A DNA stretch of 63,074 bases, counting the filler, from Choristocarpus tenellus KU-1152 (taxonomy: Eukaryota > Protista > Phaeophyceae): NCBI GenBank assembly GCA_964200185.2. It is 10 parts of 10 records of this genome, joined end to end, with 100 filler letters (N's around TTAATTAATTAA, not from the genome) between each part and the next. Parts side by side here need not be neighbours in the genome. Positions count along the whole stretch, not along the records: positions 49,633 to 53,420 come from CAXNAD020017914.1; positions 53,521 to 56,263 come from CAXNAD020025130.1; positions 56,364 to 59,029 come from CAXNAD020025813.1; positions 59,130 to 63,074 come from CAXNAD020017007.1; 6 more parts are not named here. One strand, 5' to 3'. Position numbers and translations under genes: made by a program. Below are positions 49,749 through 62,982 of the stretch, piece by piece. A model generated the notes under the pieces. The model was not told the DNA's origin. It made no database searches and saw only the letters and a list, made by a program, of their open reading frames with translations. How positions within the stretch are numbered: the stretch's first letter is position 1; every line of letters starts with the position of its first letter.

Positions 49749-51679
49749 ATATCCCCATCATCCTGCGCATGCAGAATGAAGGTCCAGGAATCTACAACAT
49801 GTATCAACAGGCAATGATCGGGGAGAAGGAGTGGCAGTCCTTCCAAGAGTGAGTTTTCCGCTAGGGTCAGGGTTTGGGTTAGTGTTTGGGTTGTAGGGCT
49901 CATGATTTGTATGCTTTCCTATTAAATAGGGTTTTGTAGAGAGCATGCGTGTGTATTTTGTTGGGGAGGGGATGGCAATGCTGACCTGTGGATTGTGTGC
50001 TAAGAGGATAATGCTCTGTGTGCTCGAGAGATTGACGGTGAGTTCTGTAAGTGGGTGTTTTTGATTTTATTTGTTGGGGCTTGGGGGGGGGGGATTTGCA
50101 ATTGAACGGGTAAGGGCTCTGATTGGTGGATGGGGAGGAGCGGAAGTGTTGGTAAGTGGATATTCATTTTTTTTTGTGTAGTTTATACGCAGTGAGACAA
50201 CAATCGTGGTACAGTCAGTCGAGTTTTGTTTTTTCATTTTTTTTTTGTGTGTTGTCTTGATCTTGTTTGCCATAACTTCATTTTCCTCTGTGCCCTTTGC
50301 AGCTTGTATCGGTTTGTTGTGAGGGTTTTTTACAGTATTGACAGGCGAGAGTATTCCACCACTATCAGGCGTTCTTGATGTTTTCCAGCGCAACAGGACA
50401 AGTGCTAAACCTATACAGGAGAGGTCAACCTCCTCCCCCCCCCCCTTATTGACTGCCCTTTCACAACTGCTTTTTTGGTTGTCCTTTTTGTCATGCTGCG
50501 CTTGGCATCTATCTCCCCATGTCTGGAGTAACTAAAGGTGAAGTAAGCATGTCTGTCTCACACTTTTCATGCCTCCCTCTGTCTCTTATCTAACTACCCA
50601 CCCTTTCCACCATACCAAAATATACTTTCATTTTCATATCCGCCCCCCCTCCCCCACCTCCTTTGTGGTTGACTTCCCCCCTGTCTGCTGGACAAAACCT
50701 TTGTGTGGGGGGTAGAGCCGAGGCTATGATTTCTGAGGAGATTGAGTCTGTGCAGGAGGAGGCTGATGAGATTGAGAAGGGGTGGAGCCAGTCCATCTGG
50801 CCGTTGGCTATGCAGCTCAGGTTTGCATCAAATACAAAAACTATATTAATATGTGCAGACGAGGATATGCATGCATGCATACATTGTGTCATTCTGCTTA
50901 CATTTGTTTTTATTTATTTTTGTTTTGATATTTTTTGAGTGTGTTGACTAGTAAACGCTGGGTCGCTGAATTGACTGCCACAGAGTTAAAGCCTTACAGT
51001 GCATAGGGAAAAACCTGATGTTACCACGGAGCTGACACGACAGGGGTCAGAGTGTTGACTACGGGTATCTATAGGTTCATGGAATTGGCTGCCCCAGAGC
51101 CCTGCCCCAGAGCCCTTACTCTATTGTGTGGGGTGAAGGTTGATGTAGTCACAGCCAAGGCTTGATTATGTTCTGATTGTCGACCATTAATGGCCTGCCA
51201 CTGAACTGAGTGCCCCAAACTAGCGACCCAGAGTAGTGCCCCAGAGTCGTGCCCCAGAGTCGTGCCCCAGAGCTCTGAGTTCTTTGTGTAAGGGGTGTTT
51301 GGCCATGATTGTGGATGGGCAGACCAAGACCTGTGTAGGCTGTAGCGCATGGTACTTAGCTATATAATGGCGTGTTAGTGCCTCATTCGTACACACACAT
51401 ACCTTGAGATGAAATTCCAAAGGTGCTTTGCTTCTGTTTCCCCCTCCCCCTCCCCCTCCCCCTCCCCCTTCCCCTCCCCCGCTTTTGGCATCCTCTCTTG
51501 TGCACAGGACGGTGCTCGTGAAGAGAAGGGAGGAAATGGAGATGAAGGCTGCGGATGAGAATGGACTGAACGATAAGGATGGGGGTGGAAATGAGGAGGA
51601 GGAGGAGGGGGAGGAGGAGTCGGAAGAGGATGAGGAGGAAGATGAAAACGACCCGAGTGGGTCTAAAGTGGTTCAGTAG
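49749..51679 (+). CDS. 3' end of an unidentified gene with an acidic C-terminal tail; exons 49749-49848, 50303-50368, 50716-50820, 51508-51679
   Basis: Joins as IPIILRMQNEGPGIYNMYQQAMIGEKEWQSFQDLYRFVVRVFYSIDRREYSTTIRAEAMISEEIESVQEE...EEEEEGEEES...VVQ*. It needs one GC donor. Confidence 0.6.
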
Positions 51680-53586
51680 GGCATCTTGTCAAGGAACGTT
51701 GTTTTGTGTGTTTTGTCTGTTGACTGTTGTGCGCCGACATCGATGTCTGAGGCTTGGTTCTAGATTGCAGGAAAAGACTTGGGAGTCCTGCTTGGGAGAC
51801 CGTTTGCTGGTCCATTTGGGAAGCCCTAGCTGAGCGGGGGTTGCCGATTTTCGTGTGCTTTATCTGACCGCTAAAATCGGGACGTTACGTGCGATACTGA
51901 TGCGGTTGCCTTGCGGCTTGTGGCCTTGCTGTTCTTATTGTGTGATCTTGTCAGCACGTCATAGGTATGGGTTTTCCACGTATGTAGCGAAGGCGTTATT
52001 GGCGAACAAGACCCTCTTTTACACCCTTGCCTGTCTGCTTTCCTGCAAGCCGGCTTAGGTCTGTAGAGTTGGCTTTGGTTTCCAACTGACTCCTGACGCC
52101 TTTTTGGGGGGTAAAGGTGTCCGTCCCTATTGACTCACCGTGATGTTCAGGCTATTTTATTGGTTGAGATGTTACCACTCATGATGTGGTGTGTTAGTCC
52201 TCCATCTTTGTTCTGCGATGACAGTGGCAGGTGAGAGAGTCACAGTCTTTTGAGAGGGAAAACTACAGGAACAAAAGACTGTGGTGAATTGTTAGGGTGC
52301 AAGTACGGTTTCTGTTTGCTCCTGCTGAGGGCAGCTGGGCCTTCCTCTCCGGTGATTCCTTAAGTGCCCTTGGAATGCAAGTGAACCTCCATGCGCGCGT
52401 GTGTTGGTGCATATAAGCATACATAACATGTGTGCACACAACTATGGGCATTTTTTTAGTGTGGGCAGATAGATGGGCGTTTTCTCTTGCAACCTTTTGA
52501 AGGTGTGTGAATGCTTGCACACACACACACACACAACACACACAATTGCAATTACAACAAAAAAACAAATCTTGAAGCCTTGCTTCTGCTGCCTCCCCAG
52601 GGCTAGCTGCATAATTATTGTCCTATGTAATGAGTGCTATTCCAATGTGTTGCCTAGTTATTGTGCTCTAGAGGTGGGTAATGTATGGCATGATGTAGTA
52701 TGCTAGACCTGTAGAGGTTTGTGATGTGTGATGCAGGGTAGTACGTGCGTGCTCTAGAGCTATGTGATGTGCGACAAGGGGTAATGTAAAAGTGCTCTAG
52801 AGCCGTGCGATATGTGACAAAAATTAGTTGCAAGAAGAGGTACCTTGCCAATACCAACAACAATACTTCGAAGAGGAATAATTCTTTTGGCAAGTTGAAT
52901 CATGTGACAAATGTTGAAGTAAACATTGCACCTTTTTAGTATGTCCTTTGCCCCCCAATATAGTAACTGTGGTGCTAGTTTTTATAGTAGTGCTGTCGTG
53001 CGCACTATTGAACTACTAGAACATGTGTCAGTGGTGAACTTGATAAGTCATATCATTGATCTTCCACTAATGCCACGTTTTATGGTACCAGTATCTCACC
53101 ACATTCAGCCTCAAGTTTTCCATCTGAGAAACACAACAGAAGGTTGCTGTGGATGGGAAGTTTCTCGGAAAATTTAGGAGCAATAATAATTGTGGACGAT
53201 GGATACTCAAAGGCAATTCCGTTGAAGTGTGAGATCTGGACTACAGACAGGGCTGTCGTTTTTCAGTTGGTTGCAATGCTTGCTTCCCAGAAATATGGGC
53301 TCATGCTTGAACATATAGGGCATCATCATCAATTGGTGCGTTGCCTACTAATTACTCCAAGGGTGAAGATGGATGGATGGGTGTTCGTACCTATTTTTGT
53401 GTTACTTTTTTTGTTCGTAGNNNNNNNNNNNNNNNNNNNNNNNNNNNNNNNNNNNNNNNNNNNNTTAATTAATTAANNNNNNNNNNNNNNNNNNNNNNNN
53501 NNNNNNNNNNNNNNNNNNNNAAAAAAGTGAAAATAGAAAAAAGGGTGAAAATTGGACGCCGACACCCCCCCCAGATACTTTGACCC

Positions 53587-54391
53587 TGTGGGTGAAACCT
53601 GGTTTTAGGTGATGCCCGATGGGGAAAGGTTTAGGGCATCTCTACATGAGGACGATAGCGACCTTCCAGGGTCCCCCACTGTGCAGCACAAGAGTCATAT
53701 ATCCCCAAAAGCATGATCATTGCAGCCAACGTCCGCCCAGATTCGGCTCACAGCTTTGATGGAAAGCTTGGTGTTTTGGCGTGTGTGTGCACTAAAAACG
53801 GCAGACAGGACAAGCAAGAACCATAATAAAGAGTGAGATGTGTGTGAGCTGGACTGTACTTTAGACCATTTGTGGTACAGGAAGTGGTACTCGGAGGAGC
53901 TACTGCCTGCAATCAAGACCAAGATGCGTTGGTTGCAGGGGAAGCAAGTTGTCGTTCAGCAAGACGGTGCCACCCCCCACATGGGCAAGGGCAACCCAGA
54001 AATCTTATCAGGGGCAGGGAAGAGACTGAGGGGTGGTCGATTGGGCTTGTGACGCAGCCATCTAACTCCCCCGACCTCAATACCATGGAGCTGTGCTTCT
54101 TCAGGTCTTTGAAATGCTGGGTGATGGGGGAGGGGTTTGGGGTCGTCGAGGAGATGGTGAAGGTCATTAAGAAACAGTATGAGGAGTATGATGAAACCAC
54201 ACTTGAGAGGGCTTGGCAGCTTCTTTTTGTGGTGTACAATCAAGTACTTAGATACAAAGGGGGAAATTGACTTCAGTGTGGAACACACAGGGGTAGGGAA
54301 GAGGCAGTTGTCTGGTGAGCTTGAAAACACGCTGAAGGTAGATATGGAGACTTTTTTCTTGGCTGAAAAAAACGTGATGGATGGGGAGTAA
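53587..54391 (+). pseudogene. Tc1/mariner transposase remnant of the plant-type DD39D-like group
   Basis: VGETWF (from VDEKWF), VQHKSHIPK, FDGKLG, VVVQQDGATPH and QPSNSPDLN(TM)E-LCFF, with several stops and frameshifts. Confidence 0.88.
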
Positions 54392-54460
54392 TAGTAATAA
54401 AAAGAGCTGACCCTAACCAGAAATTCGTCAAGGATTCCAAATCTTCTTTTAGAAATGAAT

Positions 54461-54727
54461 GAACCAAAGTATCTTAGGGGGTAGAGTCGCGTCCATTTGT
54501 GGTCCAAAATCCAATGTTGGAATTTTGATGGAATTTTGGCTATCGTGTTTGTTAGCAAGCGTCAATATCCATGTTCTGGACACACCTTTCCATAATGTAT
54601 ACATGTCACCCACTACGAAATATTTCGGAGTAGGTAAAATATAATGAAAAAACACATGGGAAGCAAAGNNNNNNNNNNCAAATGGACATATAGGGCAAAA
54701 CTCGTACCCTCTAAGATACTTTCGCTC
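54461..54727 (+). mobile_element. MITE family 1 copy, TSD AAT (contains a 10-N scaffold gap)
   Basis: GAACCAAAGTATCTTAGGGGGTA...CTAAGATACTTTCGCTC with AAT on both sides. Confidence 0.9.
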
Positions 54728-57342
54728 AATTTCATCATCTTCAAAAGTTAAGGACATCGCGGCACAGACTTATGGCACGGAGGTAGTATATATTTTGTAA
54801 CCACTCACAGTCTATCCATTCATTGCATGCTCCAACCTCGCTTTTAAGTCTAGGGTCACTGGTATCCTTGAACGTACAATCTGATCTATGTAAGGCAAAG
54901 AAAACTTCCTCCCTCGCTATCAGTCAACAACCCATAGCCATGTGGTAATCCAGTCCAATAAACACCTTGCCAAGTCAATGACGTATTGTCTGCAATGCTA
55001 CAATGTAAATAAGATACTGTTATGCATGACCTAGCACGTAGACATGTGCACAAAAAGATCGACTTCACTATCTCAAAGGAGGGTGCTCCTGGACAAAAGC
55101 ACGTCTTTGCCCAAGCAATGAATACGGGAAGGTCTTTTTTTGCAATCCTGGACAAACTGACGTGGGCAATGCAAGAAGATGTATTGTACCCATGACTGCA
55201 TATCACAAGACTATAACCTTGCTTTAACTGTACTCAAAAGCGGAGGATGATAGTTGATTCATGTTCTTCACCTGACCATCAGTCTGCTAAACGTGTCTCA
55301 TGTCTGGATCCACAGGGTCCTGAAGGACAGTAGTGTATGGACGGATTCCACGTATCATCCCCCTACCTTTTTTCAAGTACTACAGTAGTGTTTAATATTA
55401 CGTGACATTTTTTTCACTATATTGTTTCGATTTTTCCCAGGTGGGTTTCTTGCCATGTGCACAGGGAAACATTACTTGGATGAGACTTGCACTCACAACC
55501 AATAAATAGCGTTTTCTTTAGCTATCCCCCATAGTTGCTCGTGTATGGTGGTAGATGGTCGATGAGATCATCATGAACAAGCGTCCTCAGAGCCACCTTG
55601 TCGCTGAGCCTGGGCCAGGTGCCAATCAGGTGTGTCCCATTGTAAATATGGTTGTTTATTCTTGTACAACGAGATGTATGGCTTTGCTCGCTACAGCAGT
55701 GTGCAAATGTGCAGATATCACCAACAACATACTTGCAGCATGTGACCGCTGGTGTCCATCATCTATGGACACACTTATTTCAAGTATTGACTCTTGAGCC
55801 ACAGCTCATAAAATTCTACCATGTTACTATGCAGTATGATAAAAAAGCGAGTAAGACATTGACAGCATTTTCGCTTGACACACTAACAACTGTGACCTTA
55901 GTGTGTGTAGGTGTGGTCATTGAGGTGATGGTCAGCAGCATAGCAAGAGGGTCTCCTTCTATGCCCACATCACCTTCTGCAGATTTATCAGGCAGCGCGG
56001 AAGGCCCATGAGGTAGGAAGGACAATCACTTCCATCTGTCCAAGTGGACAGGAGATGTGCACACCAACGTGGAAAGCCATTGGCCTTGATATATATTCCC
56101 CCTTAACGTGGTATTGAATTCACGCTATGGCGGATACGCTTTTACATTGGAGGAGTTCCAGCAACTGTGCATACATCTTGGTGACATTGCAACACTGTCA
56201 CAGGCGCCCCTCAATGCTCACCTTCCAGGATGTACAACTCAAATCCAACGACCTCAAAACGACNNNNNNNNNNNNNNNNNNNNNNNNNNNNNNNNNNNNN
56301 NNNNNNNTTAATTAATTAANNNNNNNNNNNNNNNNNNNNNNNNNNNNNNNNNNNNNNNNNNNNTGGTTCGGAGGCACGGGGCTAGGGTGTACGAACGAAG
56401 AAAAAAAAAGGGTGGGTTTGCCGCGGAGCGGCGGCCGCCAGCCCCCCCCCCCCCCCCCCCCCCCAGATACTTTGACCCATGGATTGATTATGGGTGTTGG
56501 AGACTGAACATCATGCTATGTGCAGAAAAGGATTGGGCAAGTAGAGGGAGGCGTATGACCATAATTTCAAGGATAAGCCTGGGTGCTACTCCAGGCAGCA
56601 TGTGCATGATTTACAAATATATCTAGGCACAAAAATCTGAGCGGTAAGTTTACCCTTGTAATGTTACTGTAGAATACTGCTGCTTAAGTGCACGAGTACT
56701 GAATGATGAACAAACTACCACTCTGAAGATAAGGGTGGTTGTTCCCAAGAACACAGAGAGCATTGCAGCACACATCTTGTATCTTCAACACTGAAGTGAA
56801 GGGTTATAAATTCTTAAGTGTTTGGTTCAATGATTGAGGTGCATTCAAGTTATAGAACCTGAGCCCAAGAAAATCTAAAATACTCGGAATGAGATGGGTA
56901 GTACAAACAATTATGTCAAGGAAGTCTATGGCTCTAGGCATGTATTGTTTTGGCCTCAGGGCAATCAGAAATTGACCCTTTACATACATAAAACACTGGA
57001 CCAAAGCTAGAGTACACAATCAATGGTTCCTTCCTCCTCCAGGTGTCTACTCTTCAAACTTCAGGTAACCATGAGGCTGCCAAGGTCACCAATGCATAAT
57101 GGATACCTCAGATATATCTCGATACATTTCCGAGTGGGTCAGAGCACTTCCATCATGTTACGAACTGTTGAAATCATTGGGCATCAAGACACATGCAAGA
57201 GCCGATCTTGATTTTCCACCTCTGATACACTTCTCACCCACCAATCTTAAACACCACGAAACTAACCTACAGTCAAATTTTACATATGGTGCAAGGAACA
57301 AGATTCTTCGTTTCTTCAGGGACTGTCCATTGTCGGTAATAC

Positions 57343-58760
57343 CTCCAGGTCGCTCCATGTGGTTATTGGTCGTGGCGAAGGCCTAGAGGCTTCGAAACCT
57401 GATTTCACACTCCCTATAGATGACATTAACATCAACGAGTCCAAAGAGATGTGAACATACCGAAGTCCAATTTCCGCATGCACCATCCGAATCTCAAGAC
57501 TGCTGTATTTATGATACTGTCGCAGGTTGGCAGAAAAGTGGTAGAAGTAGATTACCGCTCCCACAATGGCAAGCATGAAGTATAGTTTGACAAGCTTCAC
57601 TTCACAACACTTGGCCAGCTCTTTTCTTCGGAAAAATCCCATCCAGGCGAGTACTGGTGCCATAAAGAAACCTGTGATACCAGGTACTATTGTGTAGGAT
57701 CGCTTGATCCAGTCCTGAAACTGCAGGAACAGAAGATGGACAATTGTTATTCATGGTCTGGTATCAGATCAAAGTATTTAGAGAGGCAAGGTTGGATCAT
57801 AGGATCTCAAGGAATGCCAACAAAACGCTGTTTGGTACAAATGCAGAAAAGAGCCTTTGCTGAAATGTGGTTTGACTTTCTGTCTGGAAAGGGGGAATGC
57901 ACTCTCGTACACATCAACCAATGAAATAGGGATATTGCATAGGATAAGAAAGATGGCTTAGACTGCCAAACCTGCCTACATCCCAACTACTATTGATTCT
58001 TTGTTGTGAGGTAGATGTTCTTGACATGAAGAACGTACAATTAATTGTTTACTTTCCATCGTCCCTAATATCTGCTGTACCGTTTTCCCCAGTAGTAGTT
58101 TATTAATATCTAATTTACCCAATTTCATGGATGAAAATCTTAGTAAATGAAGAACATAGAAAGCTAATCTCAGCATTTGATACTCGAGGAAAGTCTAAGC
58201 AGGAAAGCTTCACACTGATTTCCTGCCCTAACTTGTAGGTGGGTGCAAGTAATCTAGGACTCTTCAGCCAAGACAACCTTTGCTACCAGCCCGCACCTCT
58301 CTTTTTTCTGAGGTGATCAATGAAAAGCTAACAGTATTCTTCAACATAGGTACAAGAGTTCTAGAATTTGAAACACAGTTGTTGAACAAGATTCCAATTT
58401 CGAAATTATTATTACAGTTCGGAATGTTGCGTTGTTTGCGGAGTATGAAACAGCACAATGAAATAAAATAAAAAGAGCAGTGTGTGTGCTATGATTCTCT
58501 ATGGGGCATTTGTTGCAATCTACACGAAAACCAGGTCAGACATCTTGGCGGGAACTGGTGATGACTTACGGGATATAAGTTTCACACTGTAATTGAGATG
58601 TATTATTCCTTTGCCGAAATTGTTGTATTTCGGATTGAGGGAACAAGTGCAACTAGAAGTCAAAGGCGAGCCAAGCATGTCCGAGTGAACTCGGTAAAGG
58701 TAACTCACCTACAGTCTAGAGGTGAGGTTTCGTATAGAGAAACCATGAGGCAGAGGTAGT
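57343..58760 (-). CDS. Candidate multi-exon membrane protein (exons 58760-58709, 58652-58570, 57720-57461, 57382-57343; intermediate exon(s) unresolved)
   Basis: AG/GT-bounded open exons. Exon 57720-57461 has two hydrophobic stretches (IVPGITGFFMAPVLAWMGFF; LYFMLAIVGAVIYFYHF). Confidence 0.45.
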
Positions 58761-59552
58761 CTTTTCTTTTTATTACCCTACTTAGAAGTGATTCAGTCTT
58801 GGACAAAAACGAGCACCCGATTCGCTACTAGGAGCATTAACACTGGGACCTATAAACAGTTTAACTACAGGAACTGGTCTATGATAGCTTGTAAGGACTC
58901 CACCCCACGTTGGGACTTACAGCTCTGTTATTTGTTAAGGGAGTGAGCATAGGTCCATTTAAGGATCATATATGCTCCAAACATCAAATAATGGAAACGC
59001 CTCAGCTATGGGTCAAAGTATCTGGGGGGNNNNNNNNNNNNNNNNNNNNNNNNNNNNNNNNNNNNNNNNNNNNTTAATTAATTAANNNNNNNNNNNNNNN
59101 NNNNNNNNNNNNNNNNNNNNNNNNNNNNNTGTCTGTTGGATTCTTGGGATGCTTCCTTAGCTCCCCCCCCAGGAGCACAGGAGTAGGTAGATGGGAAGAT
59201 AAGGAAGACAGTAAGTTGTACAATATTTGATAGTGGTGAAGTAAGTGATTAGTGGTTTCTACACAATGTTTTATAGTGTTCTTATGTTTAGGATATTTTA
59301 TTTCTTTAGGCCTAACAACGACATATATATAGTGTTCATTTGTTTTCCCCCTGACACATCTGCAAAATGTCAGAGGGCATAATTATAAAATATGATCATA
59401 ATAATATATAATATATTTCTTTAGAACGTGGTGATGGTACAACTCTATGTGGCGCCCAGAGCGATATGCTAGACACAACAAGGAGAGGAAAAAGCCAGTG
59501 CGAGAAAACAAAGAAAAACAATTAAACTTAGTGTAGATCGCAGAGTTGAGAG

Positions 59553-60536
59553 ATGGCGAGGATGTCGTGGTGGAAGCGATTGGCGTCGAAGAGCTCCCTC
59601 CATGATGCAAAGGCGCATGTGACAAGTAGGTTCAAGTCCATGGCCAAGACGAAAAATGCACTGTGGAGTGGAGCATTGAATGAGAATACAAGCAAGCTCC
59701 AGCTCAAGGTGAAGTACACTAGCCGACAAATGGAGAAAGCCATCAAGGCCCAGTCGAATGAGGTACGCCGCAAAATAATCGAGCAAGGGGTGAAACAAAG
59801 GAGACGTGCACTGGACATACCAGCTAACCTTCAACAGAAGAGCCTGAGGATGGCACAGCAGACGCGAAATCGTATCAAAGTCTCCGTTGACGCTGCTGGG
59901 GACAGAGCGACCGAGGTGAGGGTTGCTGACGAAGTAAGAGATCACTGATATTGCTGCTGGCTTCCTTACTCTTAGGTGACTTTCTGGGTATCATATTTTT
60001 CGTCCCTATGCTAGGTCCTCCGCTGAATGTTGATTTGACAACAGGAGTCTTGCCTTGCTTCATGTGCTGAGGTAGGACAGGACTCGCAACTTTCTTACGT
60101 GTGCCATGGTTCTCATCTTTGTCCCTTCCCTGTTTTAAGCCTCTCTAAGAGGTTGTTGGGGCTTCTAAAATGCTGGTAACGCAACCATTTTACCCCATGA
60201 CATTAGCCTGTCCGATTGGAACTCCTCCACAACCTTACTCCTTTATTTACTCTAAAGGCCGCGAAAGGGGCAGCCTCAGCAGGAACCGAGGCAGTCGTCA
60301 CAGCAAGTAAGAGAACTATGGGACGCATGTCGGGAAAACTTTTCAACTTCGGAGACAACATTGCGTCGGTAGGCAGGCGCATTGTCTTTGTGATATTTGG
60401 TACCGCCTTCCTATACGGACTTGGGTCTGCAATTCCAGGGGCTGTTGCCCGATACTTGGGGGAAGGATGGTCGAAGGGGACAAAAAGCTCTGGAAGTGGT
60501 GTAAAGGGGATAGGAGGCGAGGAAGACGAGGTATAG
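59553..60536 (+). CDS. Two-exon hypothetical protein (~213 aa; 59553-59915, 60258-60536), basic helical N-terminus and one C-terminal hydrophobic segment
   Basis: GAG|GTGAGG donor and AAG|GCC acceptor in phase 0; RRIVFVIFGTAFLYGLGSAIP is TM-like. Confidence 0.7.
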
Positions 60537-62694
60537 GGCGAGAAAAATATAAGCCTAGAGCAAAAGTGGAGTTGGTCAAAGCATTGACCTTTGATATTTG
60601 TATCTTTAACGCTACATAGTGATACCATGTTGTGAAGTTACGTGGCTGGTCCTCCTCTCCGGAAGTTCCGTGTATATCTATGTGTGTGATTGCCCAATTT
60701 GAGACCAGTCGCTGTTCCTTCTCTGTGGTTTTAGAGCATGCAGCTTCCACTTGTAGAGGACAACAAGAACGCAATCCTAGGCAGGCACACCCCATAAGCT
60801 GAATGCGACCTTGTGATTAAAAAAAAATAGGAGATGATTGGAGTGTTAATCTTGTATAAATTTCTTTCTTTCTTTTCCTCCTTGATCCTCCAGGAAGAGA
60901 TGCCTTTGGATTTTTCTTGTGCCATTCACATACGGAACTGGTACACACCATTGCATTCACCAACTGACAAATTGCATCCCTCTTCAGTGTGTTTATGTCT
61001 AATCCTTTCTCAGACCTGAAACCAGGACCTCCAAAAAAGTATGTATCATGTGTACGTCGTAAAAATAATATAATTTTTTTAGTGTCTTGTTTCCTGCCTA
61101 TTGAATGACTTTCCATTTCTCGGGAGATACATCTGCTCCACTGTTGTGAGACGCCTTGCAAAATACCTTCAGGCTGACAATGTGTGCTCATCTGGTTTAT
61201 TGTGCAGGTGCAAGTAGCTGCCCTCACAAGACTCTCTGATACCTACACATGAAAAGAAACATTCTGTAATGCAAGAATCCCTTTCTCTGACGAAGTATTT
61301 GACCATACCCCTGGTTAGCTACGTGACTCCAGTACTTCATGCTATACCAGATTAGTATCTCTATGATGCAAATGCCCATGTCTAAATGCAGATGTGGCTC
61401 CAATGTTTCATGCCTCATCGGATTAATCTTATCTGTATGATTCAAATGCCGACATCTAAGTGAAGAAAACGAACTTGAAGATGGAGTCATGTTTGTGTGC
61501 TTTAGTGCTTGGAGCAAGGCTGGTGTACATGGTGGGGGACATTTGTCAGGTACCCTGGAGTCCCTTTTGACACGACATCCTGTGATTCCTTGCACCTGTG
61601 TTAGGTATTGTTTGATTAATTATTGACTTGCCCATACCTTTTGTATACATAGCACAGCAAAAACTGCCTCCCCTGTATTGTTGAGCATCATTTGAAATAT
61701 TATCCTATATCAGCATCACTCCTTTCTAATCCAACTACCCAAGGCCACCATTAGGCTTTGAAACACAAACCATTATGTGAGTTTATAGGTTGTAACTGTC
61801 ACAGGTCCAGATGATGCGCATTGATTGAGTATTGGTGGGTGACATACAAGTCTGTTTTGCATTGTTATGAACTGTGGCAGTTTAAAATTGACTCTGTTCA
61901 ATTTTGACTTAACCGAGATCATAGCTGAAAGGGTTTCAATTGCTCAGTTACTACATACTTTTCAGACTCTGTATTTGCTTATTACAGTATTTGTCTCTTA
62001 TTCTGTATTGTGGAGTTGTCCATGTCCTCTTACATGTATGTACTGCCTCTCTTCAAGCGGCATTTAATCTCAAGAAATATGTGACCATGCAATAATATAT
62101 ATATACCAATGATAAATTATTTTTATGTAAATATTGATAAATCCATCTTTCTTCTTTACAGGCAAACACTTCAACCTCGTAAAACATGAGCGACAGTCAG
62201 TCTCACATAATACAGAAGATCATGCTTCTGGCGATGAAGAACAAGAACAGAAAATAGTACAAATAAATTTTCGCAACCCTGAAGTGATGCCTAACCATCT
62301 GTGGGGCCTCCTGCCTTGTGGCGCTACACGTCACTTGTCACTGACAATTGAATTATCTGGAATTTTCTATACTCTTTGAATGTAACAGTAAATTTACACA
62401 GTTCATAACACTACTGTTTTGGTGTGTACCTCCAAACTCTACTAGTAGGTGCCCATCATGTATCGGAATGTAAAAACCACTTCTGCATCCAGGTGGTGTT
62501 AACTTGTGACCAAGAATCACTGGTTGGAGAGTGCATATCAATCGTCTGATGAGGAAATTAGCCCACAAGCAAAATGACCCAAATCCTCTTGAATAGGGTT
62601 TGATAAGCTTTTCCTGCCTCCCTTGATGATCGCTGTAGGTTTTATCATTCCTAAATGGCACAAGATGTGTACTGATTTGTTCTGTTTTTACTAT

Positions 62695-62982
62695 CTAGAA
62701 CTGCAAACTCCTCTTGTCATTCACATTGACTGTGAAGCTGCCATCGTAATCAGGTTCACCCGTAACACCTTTCCGAAACAAACTTAATTGTGTAGCACGC
62801 GAAGAATGCTAAAAACAAATTTCGGAGTATGTATGTACCTAAAAGAAAGGTCATTGTGAGCAGAACATGTTGAGATGTTGATGTACTGAGTATCTCAATT
62901 GCCAGTCACAGAAATAACCTATCCTACTCTCACACTCTCACTCCGTATATGTCGCTTCCATGACGAGGGATGACCGCTCCAC
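62695..62982 (-). CDS. Last two exons (62982-62942, 62768-62695) of an unidentified gene
   Basis: Phase-compatible join WSGHPSSWKRHIRSVTGEPDYDGSFTVNVNDKRSLQF*. Confidence 0.4.
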
